Source: Octopus sinensis
Taxonomy: Eukaryota
Assembly: GCF_006345805.1 (NCBI RefSeq)
Contig: NC_043002.1
Span: 78,306,001 to 78,370,000, forward strand
DNA length: 64,000 nucleotides
Direction: 5' to 3'
The notes under the pieces are model-generated. The model ran no database searches, had not been told where the DNA came from, and was given only the letters and a program-made list of their open reading frames with translations. A program made the translations under genes and the position numbers. This document shows positions 40,711-54,048 of the stretch, one piece after another (positions within the stretch are counted from its first letter, which is position 1; the number at the start of each line of letters is the position of its first letter).

Positions 40711-40969
40711 CAGTGGTTCTCAACTAGCACCCATATGACAGTTGAGGGTTTATATAAGATTTAGTTGTTAAAATTTATATGCAATGAATTGCTTATACTG
40801 CTACAATGCACAAAATATTTTAATTGTTTTATACAATTCCTAATGATATTTAATTTTTAAAATACAGTAATTTTTTTTTTATATATATACACTGAATGGC
40901 CATGGAGGTCCAGTAGAGTAAAATAGGGATCAAAGGGATCTATAGGCAAAAAATGGTTGAGAGCCATTG
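40711..40969. mobile_element. hAT (Charlie-like) MITE
   Basis: TIRs CAGTGGTTCTCAAC and GTTGAGAGCCATTG (12/14 match). 8-bp TSD ACTTAGTT / ACTTAGTA. Confidence 0.75.
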
Positions 40970-43108
40970 ACTTAGTATAACACCACCTGGTATTAAGTGC
41001 TTTAAGAGTTCATGCCACTGCAAGTGTTCAGGCTAGATTTTTGGCTACAGGATACCTTCTTCCCTCCTTTTTTACTAGCCTGTAAGGGGTCACAGCACTA
41101 CTTTCCCTCTTGACTAAGCAATAGAAAATAAAATTTGATGGCAGAAAATACATTCAATTAAAACCAATCCTGGTAATTGACTAGTACTTAATTTATCAAT
41201 CCTTGAAGAATGAAAAGCAAAATCATTGATCTTCTATGGAAAGCGTAAGAATTCCTCAGATTCTAAAGGATAAACATTTTATTATCAACTCTCTTGTTCT
41301 GGTTGTGAGGATGTTTTTATCTCATTTGAAATTTTAAAGAAATCAGTTCAAACATTTCCAACGGATCAATCATTGTTAAGTTCTTTTTACTGTGCAGCAT
41401 CAAAACAACAGTCGGCAGATTCTTCAAAAAACAAGATATTTTATTTGCTGGCACTTATCAACATCGAAAACCATTTGTTTGAGTGGATTTAGGATTCAAA
41501 TGAATTTAAATAATCTAAAACATTGTTATGGAGTTGTTTATCTACAATTTCTTCAATTGCCAATTACAAACTAAAAATAGAAGAAACTACATTTTATTAT
41601 TATTGTTGCTATTACGGTAGCAAGCTGGTGGAATCATTAGCACACTGGACAAAACATTTTGCTGCATTTCATCTTATGTTCTGAGTTCAAATTCAACCAA
41701 GGTCAACTTTGCCTTTCATTCTTTTGGGAGTCAATGAAATAAATACCAGTTGAGCACTGGAGTCAATGTAATTAACAGCCTTCTTTCCCAAAATTTCAGG
41801 CCTTGTGCCTAAATTAGAAAGGATTATTATTGTTGTTATTCATAATCAATTGCAGTTTAACCTAATTGAATAAACCTATGACCAAGGTCATTCCAATCAT
41901 GACCATCCTTTTTGATTTTGATTTTTTTTTATGACTATATTTATCTTATATGTTTTGCCTTGCTGAGGAGGCTAGGATGTTATTTGAGGAATATTAGACT
42001 GATATTTCTAGCAAGTAGAGCAATATAAAGGCTCTGTCATTGTCTTGGTTTATAATTAGTGGGACTAGGATCAAAATAGATTTGTTTTATGACCTTTTCA
42101 CAAAATTCCTAAATAATAACAATAGCGCGGAAAACGGACGTTAAACGATGATGATGATGATGATGAAATGAAGGATACAATTAAAGGACCGAATTGGTAA
42201 GATTACTGGACCCCAAGCTTTTCATTTTGCACACCCACAGCAGTATTTATTTGTGCAGTGTTCCTCAACAAGAAACAACTCATATTTCTATATACTTCCC
42301 TGACTAATTGAGAAAGCATTAACTAAGAGTAAGGCATATCAAAAGATATATTACAAAAATATTTTGATATCCCAGATTTCTAAACTGTGCTATAGTAAGT
42401 GAGTGTTTGTGTGTAATAGGGCATGTGTGTGTGAGCTTTATATATTTTACTAACATTACATATTACTATTTTATTCCCTACCCTTTGATAGTGTTGTCTA
42501 CTAAAGCTTATCTCAAATTTCAAGAGCAAGTCTAATACAGGAGCCTGTCCCATCCCACTCCTGGGGGAAAGTTTAAGCTCAACTCTATAACCAAAATGAA
42601 ACATTCATTAAATTTACAGTACTCAGACTATTTATGATGAATTAGTACCTATTATTGGTTGTTGTTGTTGTTTAGCAACCAGGTCAACCCTGATCAAGCA
42701 CACCTATGATCAAAGATGTTCTCCATCCCATCTTTTTTTCAAACATATAATATGCAAAATGTCCACTTTTTTGTTTTTTAAACAGCAGAATATGTATGAT
42801 AATGAGTCACATTTGGCTGCTGTTTCTAACAGATCAAGCAACTGTGCAGAGGATCTTGCTGCAAGGTAAACATATTGAAACTATGACAGTTAGGTGTCTT
42901 AACCAATAGTGTCATGCTAGATACAGGATATGAACCACCAGTCTGGCAGTCTATTGATTCCACTTGATTCCACCAGCTGTGATTGTTCTGCAAGTTTGCT
43001 AAGATAACTGTGGGTATTTAAAAAAAAAAAAAAAAAAGGAAAACTAGGAACATGAGACTACTTTTCAATAAAAGTGTATCTAGCACAAATTCCAGTCAAT
43101 GTATAAAC

Positions 43109-43155
<47 letters not shown>

Positions 43156-46100
43156 ATATAGAAGAGAATTGGGTATTTCAATATTTTTTATGGTAAAAAC
43201 ACTGCAGGCTAGAGCATAAAACATAAAAACATATAATAGAGGTATAACATATCAGACAGGATTGAACTTGTTATCATTTTTAGCTTAATGACATAAATTC
43301 TAAGACATAAGCTCTAAGGCAATTATTGATACCTAATGTTCGCCCACCATCTATTGGTAAATAGAGTTAATATGCTTGGGCCAAGACATGAATACAGGAG
43401 AGATCAATCAATATCAGATCTAATTGACCATTTCAACTCAGTAAATTGAAATTTTCTTTTAGTGGTTTCAGTCATTGGCTCATACTCATGCTGGTGAACT
43501 ACCTTCAAGGATAGAATAAAATTATATTGGCAGTGGTACTTATTTTACAACTCAGTCCTCAGACGGATGAAAGGCAAGTCAACTTGTGTGGAATTTGAAC
43601 TTGCAATCTATAGGGAGTCATAACCCAATACAACAGGGCATTTTTTGTTTTATGCTCTGTGATTCTGCCATTCACGATTGAAAGAGAGAGAGAGCACGTG
43701 TGCAAGATATTCAGCTTCAGAGACACCACCACAAATCCAGAAGATATTTACAAAACAAATTATTAACCAACAAACTAAATGTAACTAGTGCTAAGCTTAA
43801 TTTCAGTGGTTGAGAAGACAAGGTGCCTACAAAGCAGGTCATGTAGGTATTTTCATTACACATACATACTGTACATCCTGCTTGTAAACTTCTTTATCCT
43901 AGATATTTCACATATCAGGCATGTTGCCATGTATTTAAGGAAGATCCATCTAACTTATATCAGCAGAGTACAGACACGATAAAATGATGAGAATGATTCA
44001 AATGTTCCATGGTGTTTGAAAGATGATGATGATGATGTTTGTGATCATCATCATCATCATATATTGTATTTGGCAGTTATAGCACCTGCAAGAAGATGAG
44101 GCAGTTGTTTAAAGAAAAAAAAAATCATAAAAATGATTTTAAAAAAAGGAGAAAACAATGAAGAATTCTTGTGCTAACTGTAATGGATATTTAAATACAT
44201 ACATACTTATAAATATATATATATAAAATCTTTTTTTTATAGCACATTCACAAACAATACAAATCTATACAAATATTAAGAAAACAATAATTCTTGTGCT
44301 TAGATTCCTGCAACATGCCAATATACTAGTGGTAACATCTACGAATATAGGGATTCTAATTAAGACGAAAACCACTTCCATTAATAAGAAAGAAGATGAA
44401 ATTATCCACTCATTTGAACAATGCTGCCAGAGTAACTCTACGATGACTAACTCAATGAAGAGAGTTTATCTTCATCACATATGCAGCATATTTATAGCAG
44501 TGCTTTAGCAAGAGCCAAACAGATATGTTCTAGCACATTTGTTATCAATTGTACTAGATATTAAAGTGGGTAGTAGGTCAGTTCCGCCGATGTAGATATC
44601 GTGGCAACATTGTTTTTGTTTTGTTTATTAATAGCTGTATGCCCTTCCTAGTATCAATCACATAATGTAAACAATTACAAAACTATGAAACGTCTGTGAA
44701 AGTATCTAAATCAGCTTTGAGTTCCATACCTAATATATTACTGGGATGAGGAGGGTTTAAAATTACCATCACTACTCTGAAACCAAAGAGGACACTAATT
44801 TATGGTCACTTGACCTAGTCATATCTCCCTCGTATCACACACCTCTACTGTCTTAAAGAAAAAGGAAAGCATTAGTGGATATAATACAACCCAATATAAA
44901 CTGTCTGGGAGGGGGGGAAGGGTAAAAGGTTTGATGGTTATGACAGGAATACTTCTGATCATAGATAAGACTGTTCAGTTAGGGATGATCTGAGATGAAG
45001 TAATACAAACAATGCCACCTGGTTCGTAGATACCTTTGAGTGGAGTTTACTCTGTTGCAAACATCAAACCAGACTCCCAATTCACTCCCTTCCCACATTG
45101 ACCTCCAAATATTAAGGATGGATATCAGCTGCATCAATCTCACCTATGTAGGAATAACTAATTAAAGGAAAATGAGCTGACTTCACCAAGACAAAAATAA
45201 AAAAGAAAGAAAAGAGAACTCTAAATACCATTCAACTAAAAGCACCAATTTTTTTTTGGGGGGGGGCTAATATAAAATAATAATTCTAGTAACAAAATCT
45301 TAATTAGAAAAAAATAGATATGCCAATCTGTGGCCAGAACTTTTATTATTCCCCTGTTAGTCTCTATGTTAGAAGATAATATTAGGTAATATATAAAAAT
45401 GCAGTTTAGATTGTATTGTTATTATTCAGAAGTCCAAGATTTAATAAACATATTTATTTATTATTAGGTCATTAGGATAAAGTGTATTACCTGCAATAAA
45501 ACACTAAAAAAATTTCATAAATTCCATTTTTAATAATTCTTTTTGAATTTTGCTAATTGTCAAACTAATAATTTTTCTTTCAGAGTTTTTTATTTTATTT
45601 ATTTCATATTTTTTTTACTATATTTGCAACTATTAAAATCACTTCTAAATATTGTTAGAACTAAAGTCAATCCCAACAGTAATTAATGTAACTTAGAAAT
45701 TAAAAATTTTCTTCAAGATAATTTAATTAAATATCCATGTCTTCTCAGAAAAATTACAGTGATTTTATTGAAAGAAAAACAATTTGTTTAAAAGTGTACT
45801 GAGTTAAATTTTAGACAAAAATTGCGACATTCCGAAAGCAAGATGCAGAATCAGGTCATTACATTATGAATTAAAGATAAAGCAAGTCAGAACACAGCCA
45901 AATGTTGTTTTTTTTTGGGGGGGGGGGGGGTTAAAAATATGCTAACTAAAATCATAATAAAAAAATAAATACTTTCTTTTTCTTAAATTAAATTGATTTA
46001 CTACATAAATTTCAAAACAAGTCTAGTTTCAATAGTAACTTTCCCAATTTAAAAACAAATTGTCAGTGAAAATCAGAATTAGGAATGACATTGATTTTGC

Positions 46101-49100
46101 TGATAGCCTAAATACAGACAAATAATTACTTTACAGCAGATACAAACTCAAGAAATGAGTAATTTACAATAAAGTTGTATATTTTTAAGTTATAAAAGAA
46201 ATATCTTTAACCATAGTTACATTAAATTTATCAAACTAAAATTTCATTTTTATCATACCAAGTCAGTAGACTTACTTTATTTTATAACAATAAATGTAAT
46301 TATTGTTAATTAAAAAAAAAAAACATTTAAAATATTGGACACATTTTAAGTGACAGTTTAATTTAAACTTAATCTACTCTCTGCATTTCTTTCTACAAAC
46401 CTATCTCAATAGAAAATGCTACTGAAATTTAAAATCAAAGTAATATATCTAAGCAGAGAACCACCATTTCTAAAATCTATAAAATAAAGTAAAACCAATA
46501 CTAACACATCACACTATTTCTATTATCAAATGCAATGTTCTCAAGTGCTTGCTTCAATCCACAAGATTCTCCATCACACACAGAGTATTTATCTACAAAT
46601 GCCATTGACTTGCCTAGACTTCTACTGACAGGCTTGTTCTTACTGTTTTCTACTCAGCCACGATAGCTCCATAACAGTTTTAAACATGATCAATAGATTC
46701 AATCCTATTTCCATTTTAGTCTTTTCTCAGATACACTTCTTTCCACTTGTGAAGAAATAGGGAAAAAAAACAATGCAAGAAATACTAAACTGTTTTTAAT
46801 AACTCATTTGCAATAAAGATATCTTAACTCATAAAGCTCTATATTTTCTCGAATGCCTCTTATCAACTTGCTGCAAGAATCCTGAGCAGGAAATTGTAGA
46901 ATAATACAGACTCCTCATAACTTGTTGACACTAACTAGGGAAAATTATATTCCAAAAGAAATTGAAATTATTTTCTGTGTTCCTAATTGTATAACTTACC
47001 ACAAATAATTTAACCTATTAATTATTAGCAGCAGTCATTTTCAAAATTGAATCAATAAAAATTTAATTTCTCTGCAGTGCCAGAAAAAAAGCTCAAAACT
47101 CTGGTGATATGAATTAATATTTGCACTTCTTTGGAAGTTGTGGCATTTTTCATATATTTACAGAAGAAAAATGTCTTTGACAGACTTACTCATTAAAGAG
47201 ATTCATCATCAATACAATCATTATTAATTATCTATTATTCATTTCTCCTAGTATGAATTGAACCCAAAAGTGAAGACTACAATTAGGAACACAGAAAATA
47301 ATTTCAATTTCTTTTGGAATATATTTTTTTTTGTTCAGTGTCAACAAGTTATGTGGAGTCAGTATTATTCTACCAACAAAAGATAATAAAAAGATTCAAA
47401 TTATCTATTTTGTTGCCTTCTCAATCCTATATGCTAATTACAAACATGATCAGTCAACCATGACTCATAATATATATATATCCAATGAATATGTCTACAG
47501 CTGTTGGTGGTAGATCTAAACATCCCTAATAGGACAATCAACTCTGCTGTTCTATATAAGTTTGTTCAGATCAAGGCTGCTTGCAGCTTTTAACTCTTAC
47601 CATGCTTAAAACACAATTTTAAAAAATGTTAAAAAATAACCATTTCTTGGTACAACTATCACAAAATTTCCCAAAACAAAATTTAACATTTAAATCTTCA
47701 GATGTAAATGTTTAATCTTGATTAAATGTGTTCTAACTATGATCATCCAGTCACTTTAGGGGTGTTGAAGATTACATTACTATTCCTTATCTTATTTGAG
47801 GGAGATTTGGTTGCTTTTTTTTTTAACAAGACAAGCAACCAAGAAGATATCAATCTTCAGTGGCTCATTAAAAATGCTGCTATTTATTGATAGGATTTAA
47901 ACTCTTACTGGTAAACAATCTATACAGGTAAGAGGAATAATTTGCAGCTCAAATACAACATTTATAGCCTAAATATCTACCAATGTTAACAAAATTCTTC
48001 AATACTACATACATAATTTTATTTCTGACATACATAGATAGATACATACACATCAATGAGAGGAAAATGTGTCACGGTACCAGATAACAATGAATGTGGG
48101 TTGTTGTTTTTTTTCGCTATTTGTTTATTACTAGCTTACAAACATTTTCTAAGTCCTTTCTGTTAATACAGTTTTACTAATGTCTAATACCAACAGCACA
48201 TTAAAGATTTGTTTGTGATAACTGGCAGATTAAATGATTGCTATCTAGTAAAGCAAACAATATAATTGGTTGCATTTTACCAGTTACCTAATAATCCTCA
48301 ATTTTTCATGATTTTCACATGAAAGCAATAGGTTTCTCTTTCGTTTTCTTTTTTTAACATTATTGAAAGGGGAAGAGGAGCAGTTTATATTTTCCTATTT
48401 GGACCTCATTTTCTGTAAACCTTTTACAAATTAATAATCATCAAGCTGATATATTTATTATATGGTTAAAACCTACAGTAGCATGTAATCATAGTATCAG
48501 AGGGTCGTCTCTCATAAACAAGAGCAGACATTTCTAAACATTGTTTAAGCCAAATATTAACTTTTATCATGGATCACCCAATAAACATTTTTTTTTGTTT
48601 CTTTAATAATTTTACAACCCTTTCCCACCTAGTCTATCTTTATGGTACAGGAAATTGCTTATGCTAGGTGTTTTACAGATGAATGCTCTGGGAGCAATAG
48701 CTATGGTTTTAGAAGGAATATCTATGACCCTAAGAACCATGTCATTAAAGCCTGTAACTAAGAGCAAAACAATTAGTTCTTAAAATAATCAAACTTGTAC
48801 AAAAATAAACTAGAATCTTTCCTCTTTTAAGTTGTGTTAGTTTCAGCTCTTAACATGATTAAATCTTTTAATTAAAAAAATATACTATTTTGATATCCTA
48901 AGAGATTGATGTTTACCCTCTTAATAGTAAGTAGTTATGGAAATGAAATTATTGAATCATATCAAATTGAATAAGGGACATGGAAAACAATTTCCTGGAT
49001 TAAACTTAGCCATCAATTGAAAGAGCTGTCTCTTAAAACACAGATCACCACTAGTATTACAAGTACAATCAGCTAACCAAAAACTGCAATTATTTTTGGT

Positions 49101-52091
49101 TAGCTGAAGAAATTGCTTCATTATTTTTACTGTGATGGGAAAACTGGTTTATCGAAAAGTTTAAAGGAGTACAAAAAAAATGTCATCTTGTAAAATATGT
49201 AAATCATAAATCTAAGATATAAAAACAATTAGATATCAGTTCTAATATAATTTAATTAACAACAGTAAAAATTTTCCTTCCAATAAGAATAGCACCAAAT
49301 GTTGTAACAAAAAGTAGTGACAATCAACTAAATCAATCTCAATCAGCAACAGAGAATTCAGAGCCACAGAACAACCCCCTCCTGCCACCAAAAAGTATTT
49401 TGGTATTCTATTCTATAGTTTCAATAAAATATAATTTCTCACATAGGTACAAGGCAACAAAAATGATTTCTAAACATCACAGTAGAACAGACAATTTGGG
49501 GTTGGTGGTTTAGTCCCCTAAACAGACCCCAGTATATGACTGGTATGCTAATGAAATACTACTGGAACTGGTACTGCTTTTAATTGTGCCAAATTTTGAA
49601 ATAAATATTGCCTTTTAATTGTAATAGAATATAAATAAGAATAGAAGAATTCAAGAAAAGAAACAAAGTGATTTTGCTTTTTAACATTCAAAACTGCATT
49701 AATATACTTAATTACATTCTACTGAGCCAAATTAATCTCACTAGTATATTGACATGCTTATCTATAATTTCACAAGTTAAACAGCTTCTCAATAATCAAC
49801 ATTCGCAAATTTTAATCACAGATTGTATTTATTTTTGTTTGTTGTTTTTTTTTTCACATTGTTGTTTGATTACTAAAAATAGAAAAAAAAAACTGTTTAA
49901 AAAAAAATGAGAAAGAAACAAAAGAAAATTTCATTCAACAGTAAGCTGCACATTCTGTACCCACTAGACAAACACCATAAGTTGTTAATTACTTTTCATT
50001 GATTTTGATTATTTTTCAGAAGTAGTAAATATATATATATACACACAAACACACAATAACTAATCGCTGTATTTTCGAATTTTTGTGCTTGAAAGAACAA
50101 AATTATAAGATAATGAATAACAATTTTTTTTTTTTAATCTTTGATTAACAATACATTAAAATATCATATACTGAACCAATAATAACCAGCATTTACAATA
50201 TTAGTTAAAATGTAATTTTAAAAAAAAAATTATGTTGAATCGACAAAATGTTGATTTACTTTCAAGCTAAGATTAAATGAACTTTGTTGCTGTAACATTA
50301 ATTTAAGGCTTTAATTACATACCAACAAATATCGATTGTATTAGTTTAGTTAAGGGATAAAATTTTGTAAAAACAAATAAGAATGTAAATAATATTATAC
50401 ATTATGAGATCGTCTCTACGTAGTCGTTCGACCTACTAGAAAAAGCACCCAGATCACCCTTAAATCACATTCTTGCGCCTTAAATATGGAAACAACATAA
50501 TGTAGTCCTACATGCTCCTAAAAATATGGGATGATTATGGTTTACCGGGACTACAGCAGAAGAAACGACCAGGTAAAAAAAAAAAAATAGCAGCCAAAAT
50601 ATCACTCTAAATACATCCTGCTGTCTCAGAAAACAACAAATTTGATAATGTTAGTCGTTACAAAATATCTGGTGAGGAAGAAAAAACGGGATGGTCATAG
50701 TTGGAACGCCTGTCAATATATGTCTGCTTGCTTAGGTCTGACCTAGAGTTAGTTAAACAGCCCCAGAGAAATAAAAACGTCAAGATTTAAACTCGGTAAC
50801 TAGTGAGAACGAAACTAAATACTATAAATTTTCTAGTCTCAGCTTCTATTGGCTGCTGCCATTTCCAAAAATATTGATTTTTGACCTCGGCAAAAAGCTC
50901 TAAGTTTATAAAAGAGTGGGTAGTGATACGATGTGGTGTGCATGCCTTTGTCAGGAACATAAACGATATATTGATGTTGATATCTGGTTTAGGCATAAAA
51001 CAATAAATATATACACGAATCACTCCCGTTATATTACTAGTACTAGTGTTATTGACCCGGCTCCACTAATATTGATTTCTTGCGTAAAAACAAATTCAAT
51101 TTTTCGTGGAGAGGGAGAAGGGTGTTTGATTTAAAAGTTTAAGTATCACTAATACTCGAGGGAGTATATTACTGGTGCGGCTTCTAGTCAAACAGATCGT
51201 TCAGAAACAGCAGCCGAGTGTTCCGCAAATCATACTCTGTTTTTTTAAAAAAGAGAACACATTGGTAATTTAGTCAGAGATATACTAGGTCGGAACGAAT
51301 GACAAGATTGTAACAGCTCAAACAGTTTTAATCATTAGTATGCTCTATTAGGGCTGATCTGGAACAAAACAACAAGCAAATGAAAGTTAAAGTTTTGTCT
51401 GAGAAATTTGAACTCGGAATGTTCCCAACGATATCGGTGTCTACGCAAGTGCTCGACTGATTGAAGGAGACGGACGGTATTAGGTTGTTGTTACATCTGG
51501 TACTGCTTTCCCTAAATATTATCGGCTTAAGTATAATGAATCGGCTCTAATCTGAAATTGAAACTGGATTGCGAACAGATCAGCCAGCTCATTGATGGAA
51601 CCTGTTGACAGAACTTATAATTGGCTATTATGAAAACTATAAAATATTCAACCTAGTTTTTAAGAATTTCCAATATTACTTTAAAAAAAAAAACAGTTAA
51701 CAGTAAAGCATAAATCAAAGAAAAGTAAAACTATTTGTCAATACACAGCAGAAAATCTAAAATAATAATAATAAATGAATGAATGAAGAACATTTGTCGA
51801 AAAATTTTACTTTCGCTTTATGTGTCACACTTCGGAAAGTGTAATTTCATCTTGAAGTTTAGTGGAACTATATTCAACAAATTTTTACTATTTGTTTCGA
51901 ATCATACTTTAATGGAAATCTTAAAGACGTTGTCTAAATCGATTTCAAAAATTCTCATCATCTTAATTAATGTTAAAGACAAAAACTTAAATCAACAAGA
52001 TAAACATCGTGTTTATCAATCAGCAGAAGAAATATTTGGGTCAAATATATTTTCGATCAGATAAAAACAAACATATGATTTAAAGTAAATG

Positions 52092-52110
52092 AAATTTCGT
52101 AAACTACGTC

Positions 52111-52164
<54 letters not shown>

Positions 52165-52184
52165 TGACGTAGTTTACGAAATTT
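52092..52184. repeat. 93-bp palindrome: perfect 23-bp arms around (TA)n
   Basis: AAATTTCGTAAACTACGTCACTT, a 47-nt TA run, then AAGTGACGTAGTTTACGAAATTT. Confidence 0.95.
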
Positions 52185-53193
52185 GTGTGTGTGTGTGTGT
52201 GTATGTATGTGTGTATGTATATATATATACACACATATTGAATCTTCGATTGAAAATGGACTTTTATTTTAGCCTATGCATATGACAGTATCATAAAATA
52301 GATGGGGTGTAACAAAAATACTGTCTCAATATATTCTAAAATAATGGTTTATCGCTGCAAATTCACGCTCATCAATCACTAAAAAGTGCGATCGTGGAAT
52401 AAAAGTTATGGAGTTATTCCATAATAGTACTTTTCGAACAAAAAGGATAGATCATAGTAAGGTGAGTTATGGAAAATGCTTTCATTACATAACGATTATA
52501 AATGAATTTTTGAAAATTATGAATCTGAAAAAAAATTATTATTGAAAAAAATAAAATTGAATAAACTGATTGGAGTTTTAATAAACTCAAATTTAAAGAA
52601 CGGACAACTATACATTTTATTCATTCTAAATACGAATAAAGCGAAATATACTGTTATTTAATAACTGATAATACATGTTGTTATTTCTTAAATATATTGT
52701 TTCGAAATAATAAAAAAAAAAAAATTGACATTTCATCGGTGTAGTAAACAAATAGGCTAACACCACGTGTTACGCTATTTACTTTGTGAATAACTTACAC
52801 TGCCAGGCAGATCGAACAGCAGACAAGTTTTAACAACTAGAATTAAATCAATAACTGTCAATATAGTCATCTATAAACAATGATCGAGTTCTATAGAGAC
52901 ATAAATTTGTGTTTATAAGTAAAATGACTAGTGTCAAAGCCAGTCACATATAATACGCCTGTTTTGAATACTAGCGAACCAACCAGCCTTGTAACGAAAA
53001 TTAGTTTCGTTTTAATTCATTCATCGAAATTTTTTTAAATAAAATTCAAAATTATTCTGAGAAGGTTTCATGCATTGGGGCCAGATGTGTCATTGTGCAA
53101 GAATATCAACCAAAGAGATAATTAATAATTAACAAAATATGTTCACAATAAGTGACGCCTCCAAGACACGCGATCGCATGAGTGGAACGGCAT

Positions 53194-53203
53194 GGGGATT
53201 CCC
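53194..53203 (+). promoter_or_regulatory. NF-kB/Rel consensus site
   Basis: Exact GGGGATTCCC inside the CpG-rich zone, with a kB-like GGGGAAACACC at 53210-53220. Motif match only. Confidence 0.35.
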
Positions 53204-53422
53204 TGAAACGGGGAAACACCTTATTAATATTGACGGTTACTATAATGGATCGTAAAACTAAAATACAGAAATCGTATTTAAAAAAGTAACATTTGTTCCA
53301 CATCACATAAAAAAATATATGCAGCGAATAAAATAAGAGGCAGTATTAACAGTGTGACAAATCTAAGATCCAGTACGATCGATCATCACACGATCCACTA
53401 TTGAGAGCAGTTCAATTAAAAG

Positions 53423-53458
53423 CAAAATGGCGGCGCACATTGAACATTATCACGTGAC
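53423..53458 (+). promoter_or_regulatory. YY1/Pho-type motif plus E-box in proximal intron 1
   Basis: CAAAATGGCGGC (53423-53434) matches the YY1 consensus and TCACGTGAC (53450-53458) matches the USF/TFE-type E-box. Other YY1-like cores occur at 53635-53644 (minus strand) and 54047-54053. Confidence 0.5.
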
Positions 53459-53678
53459 AGGCAGTAAATAAAATTCAGACAATATGCTACTTTTTAAGAT
53501 AGAACCACACGAAACAATATTTTTTCCACAATATATAGAAGTAACTCGGTGTTTTCAAAGTATATTAACAAGACTCCGATGCTTCTATATAGCATTTTGA
53601 ATATTTGAATGAGTAGCGCCTATTTCATCATGACAGCCATTTTGTAAAGAAAGGTTGGAATGAGCGTTCGAGACTTAC

Positions 53679-53831
53679 CGACTCTTCTTCCTTTTCCATC
53701 CCCGTGGGCATTTGTGGTACCGATCTATTAATGGTTGCAAAATCCGGTAAGTCCGGAATTTCTTCTGCCCGAAAAACGGGCATTGGCTTGGAGGAATCCA
53801 GAGCCCTAGCTCTGAACGACACCTTACTCAT
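53679..53831 (-). CDS. EPC1: Enhancer of Polycomb homologue (NuA4/TIP60 subunit), first coding exon, 51 aa
   Basis: Translates MSKVSFRARALDSSKPMPVFRAEEIPDLPDFATINRSVPQMPTGMEKEEES, closely matching the EPC/E(Pc) N-terminus (human EPC1 as recalled: MSKLSFRARALDASKPLPVF...INRAVPQMPTGMEKEEESEHHLQ). It ends in phase 0 at TCG|GTAAGT, where the homologue continues EHHLQ. The supplied ORF 53628..53867 adds a spurious TTG start and intron read-through. EPC1 versus EPC2 cannot be distinguished; invertebrates typically have one gene. Confidence 0.95.
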
Positions 53832-53850
53832 CGTGATGACCCCAAATATG

Positions 53851-53946
53851 CTAATGAGATGGTCCAAAAACTAGCTTTGCTACCACATCAAGGTAGCTGA
53901 ACGATAGGAGTGAAAATAGATAGTAAATGGTAGAATCCAGCAGCAT
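53851..53946 (-). other. uORF-C, 31 aa, hydrophobic, ending 19 nt before the EPC ATG
   Basis: ATG 53946 (weak context) to TAG 53851-53853: MLLDSTIYYLFSLLSFSYLDVVAKLVFGPSH. Confidence 0.35.
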
Positions 53947-54020
53947 GAATTATATTTAAGCAGTGAAATCAGTACTCCAGTTTTCAATATGTCTTGCGGT
54001 AATCCATATATTTTTATCAT
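53880..54020 (-). other. uORF-B, 46 aa, in frame with the EPC CDS and stopping 48 nt before it
   Basis: ATG 54020 to TAG 53880-53882: MIKIYGLPQDILKTGVLISLLKYNSCCWILPFTIYFHSYRSATLMW. Confidence 0.35.
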
Positions 54021-54048
54021 ATTTGCAGGGAATAGTTGCTTTCATCAT
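53956..54048 (-). other. uORF-A in the putative EPC 5' leader, 30 aa (MMKATIPCKYDKNIWITARHIENWSTDFTA)
   Basis: The ATG at 54048 has GCC-ATG context (tccgccATGa) and the TAA is at 53956-53958. An in-frame upstream ATG at 54066 would add MGLQSA. It counts as a uORF only if the TSS lies upstream, which the sequence does not show. Confidence 0.5.

Larger units (their letters stand above)
1..53678 (-). other. EPC1: Probable EPC intron 1 (continues past the window edge)
   Basis: Canonical donor at 53678. A by-eye scan for ag|GAR CAY CAY (EHH) and for later EPC motifs (PKQ.IHIQ, DYD.DSED) found nothing downstream on the minus strand. The non-repeat DNA is CpG-depleted, like a methylated gene body. 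Confidence 0.65.

Noticed and set aside
45249-45930. Two T9-Gn homopolymer junctions (45249-45266 and 45908-45930)
   Set aside because: Simple homopolymers are common here and error-prone in sequencing. There is no further shared context.
53628-53867. Supplied 79-aa ORF as a complete gene
   Set aside because: It starts at a TTG upstream of the homologous Met and reads through the GTAAGT donor. Only 53679-53831 matches EPC.
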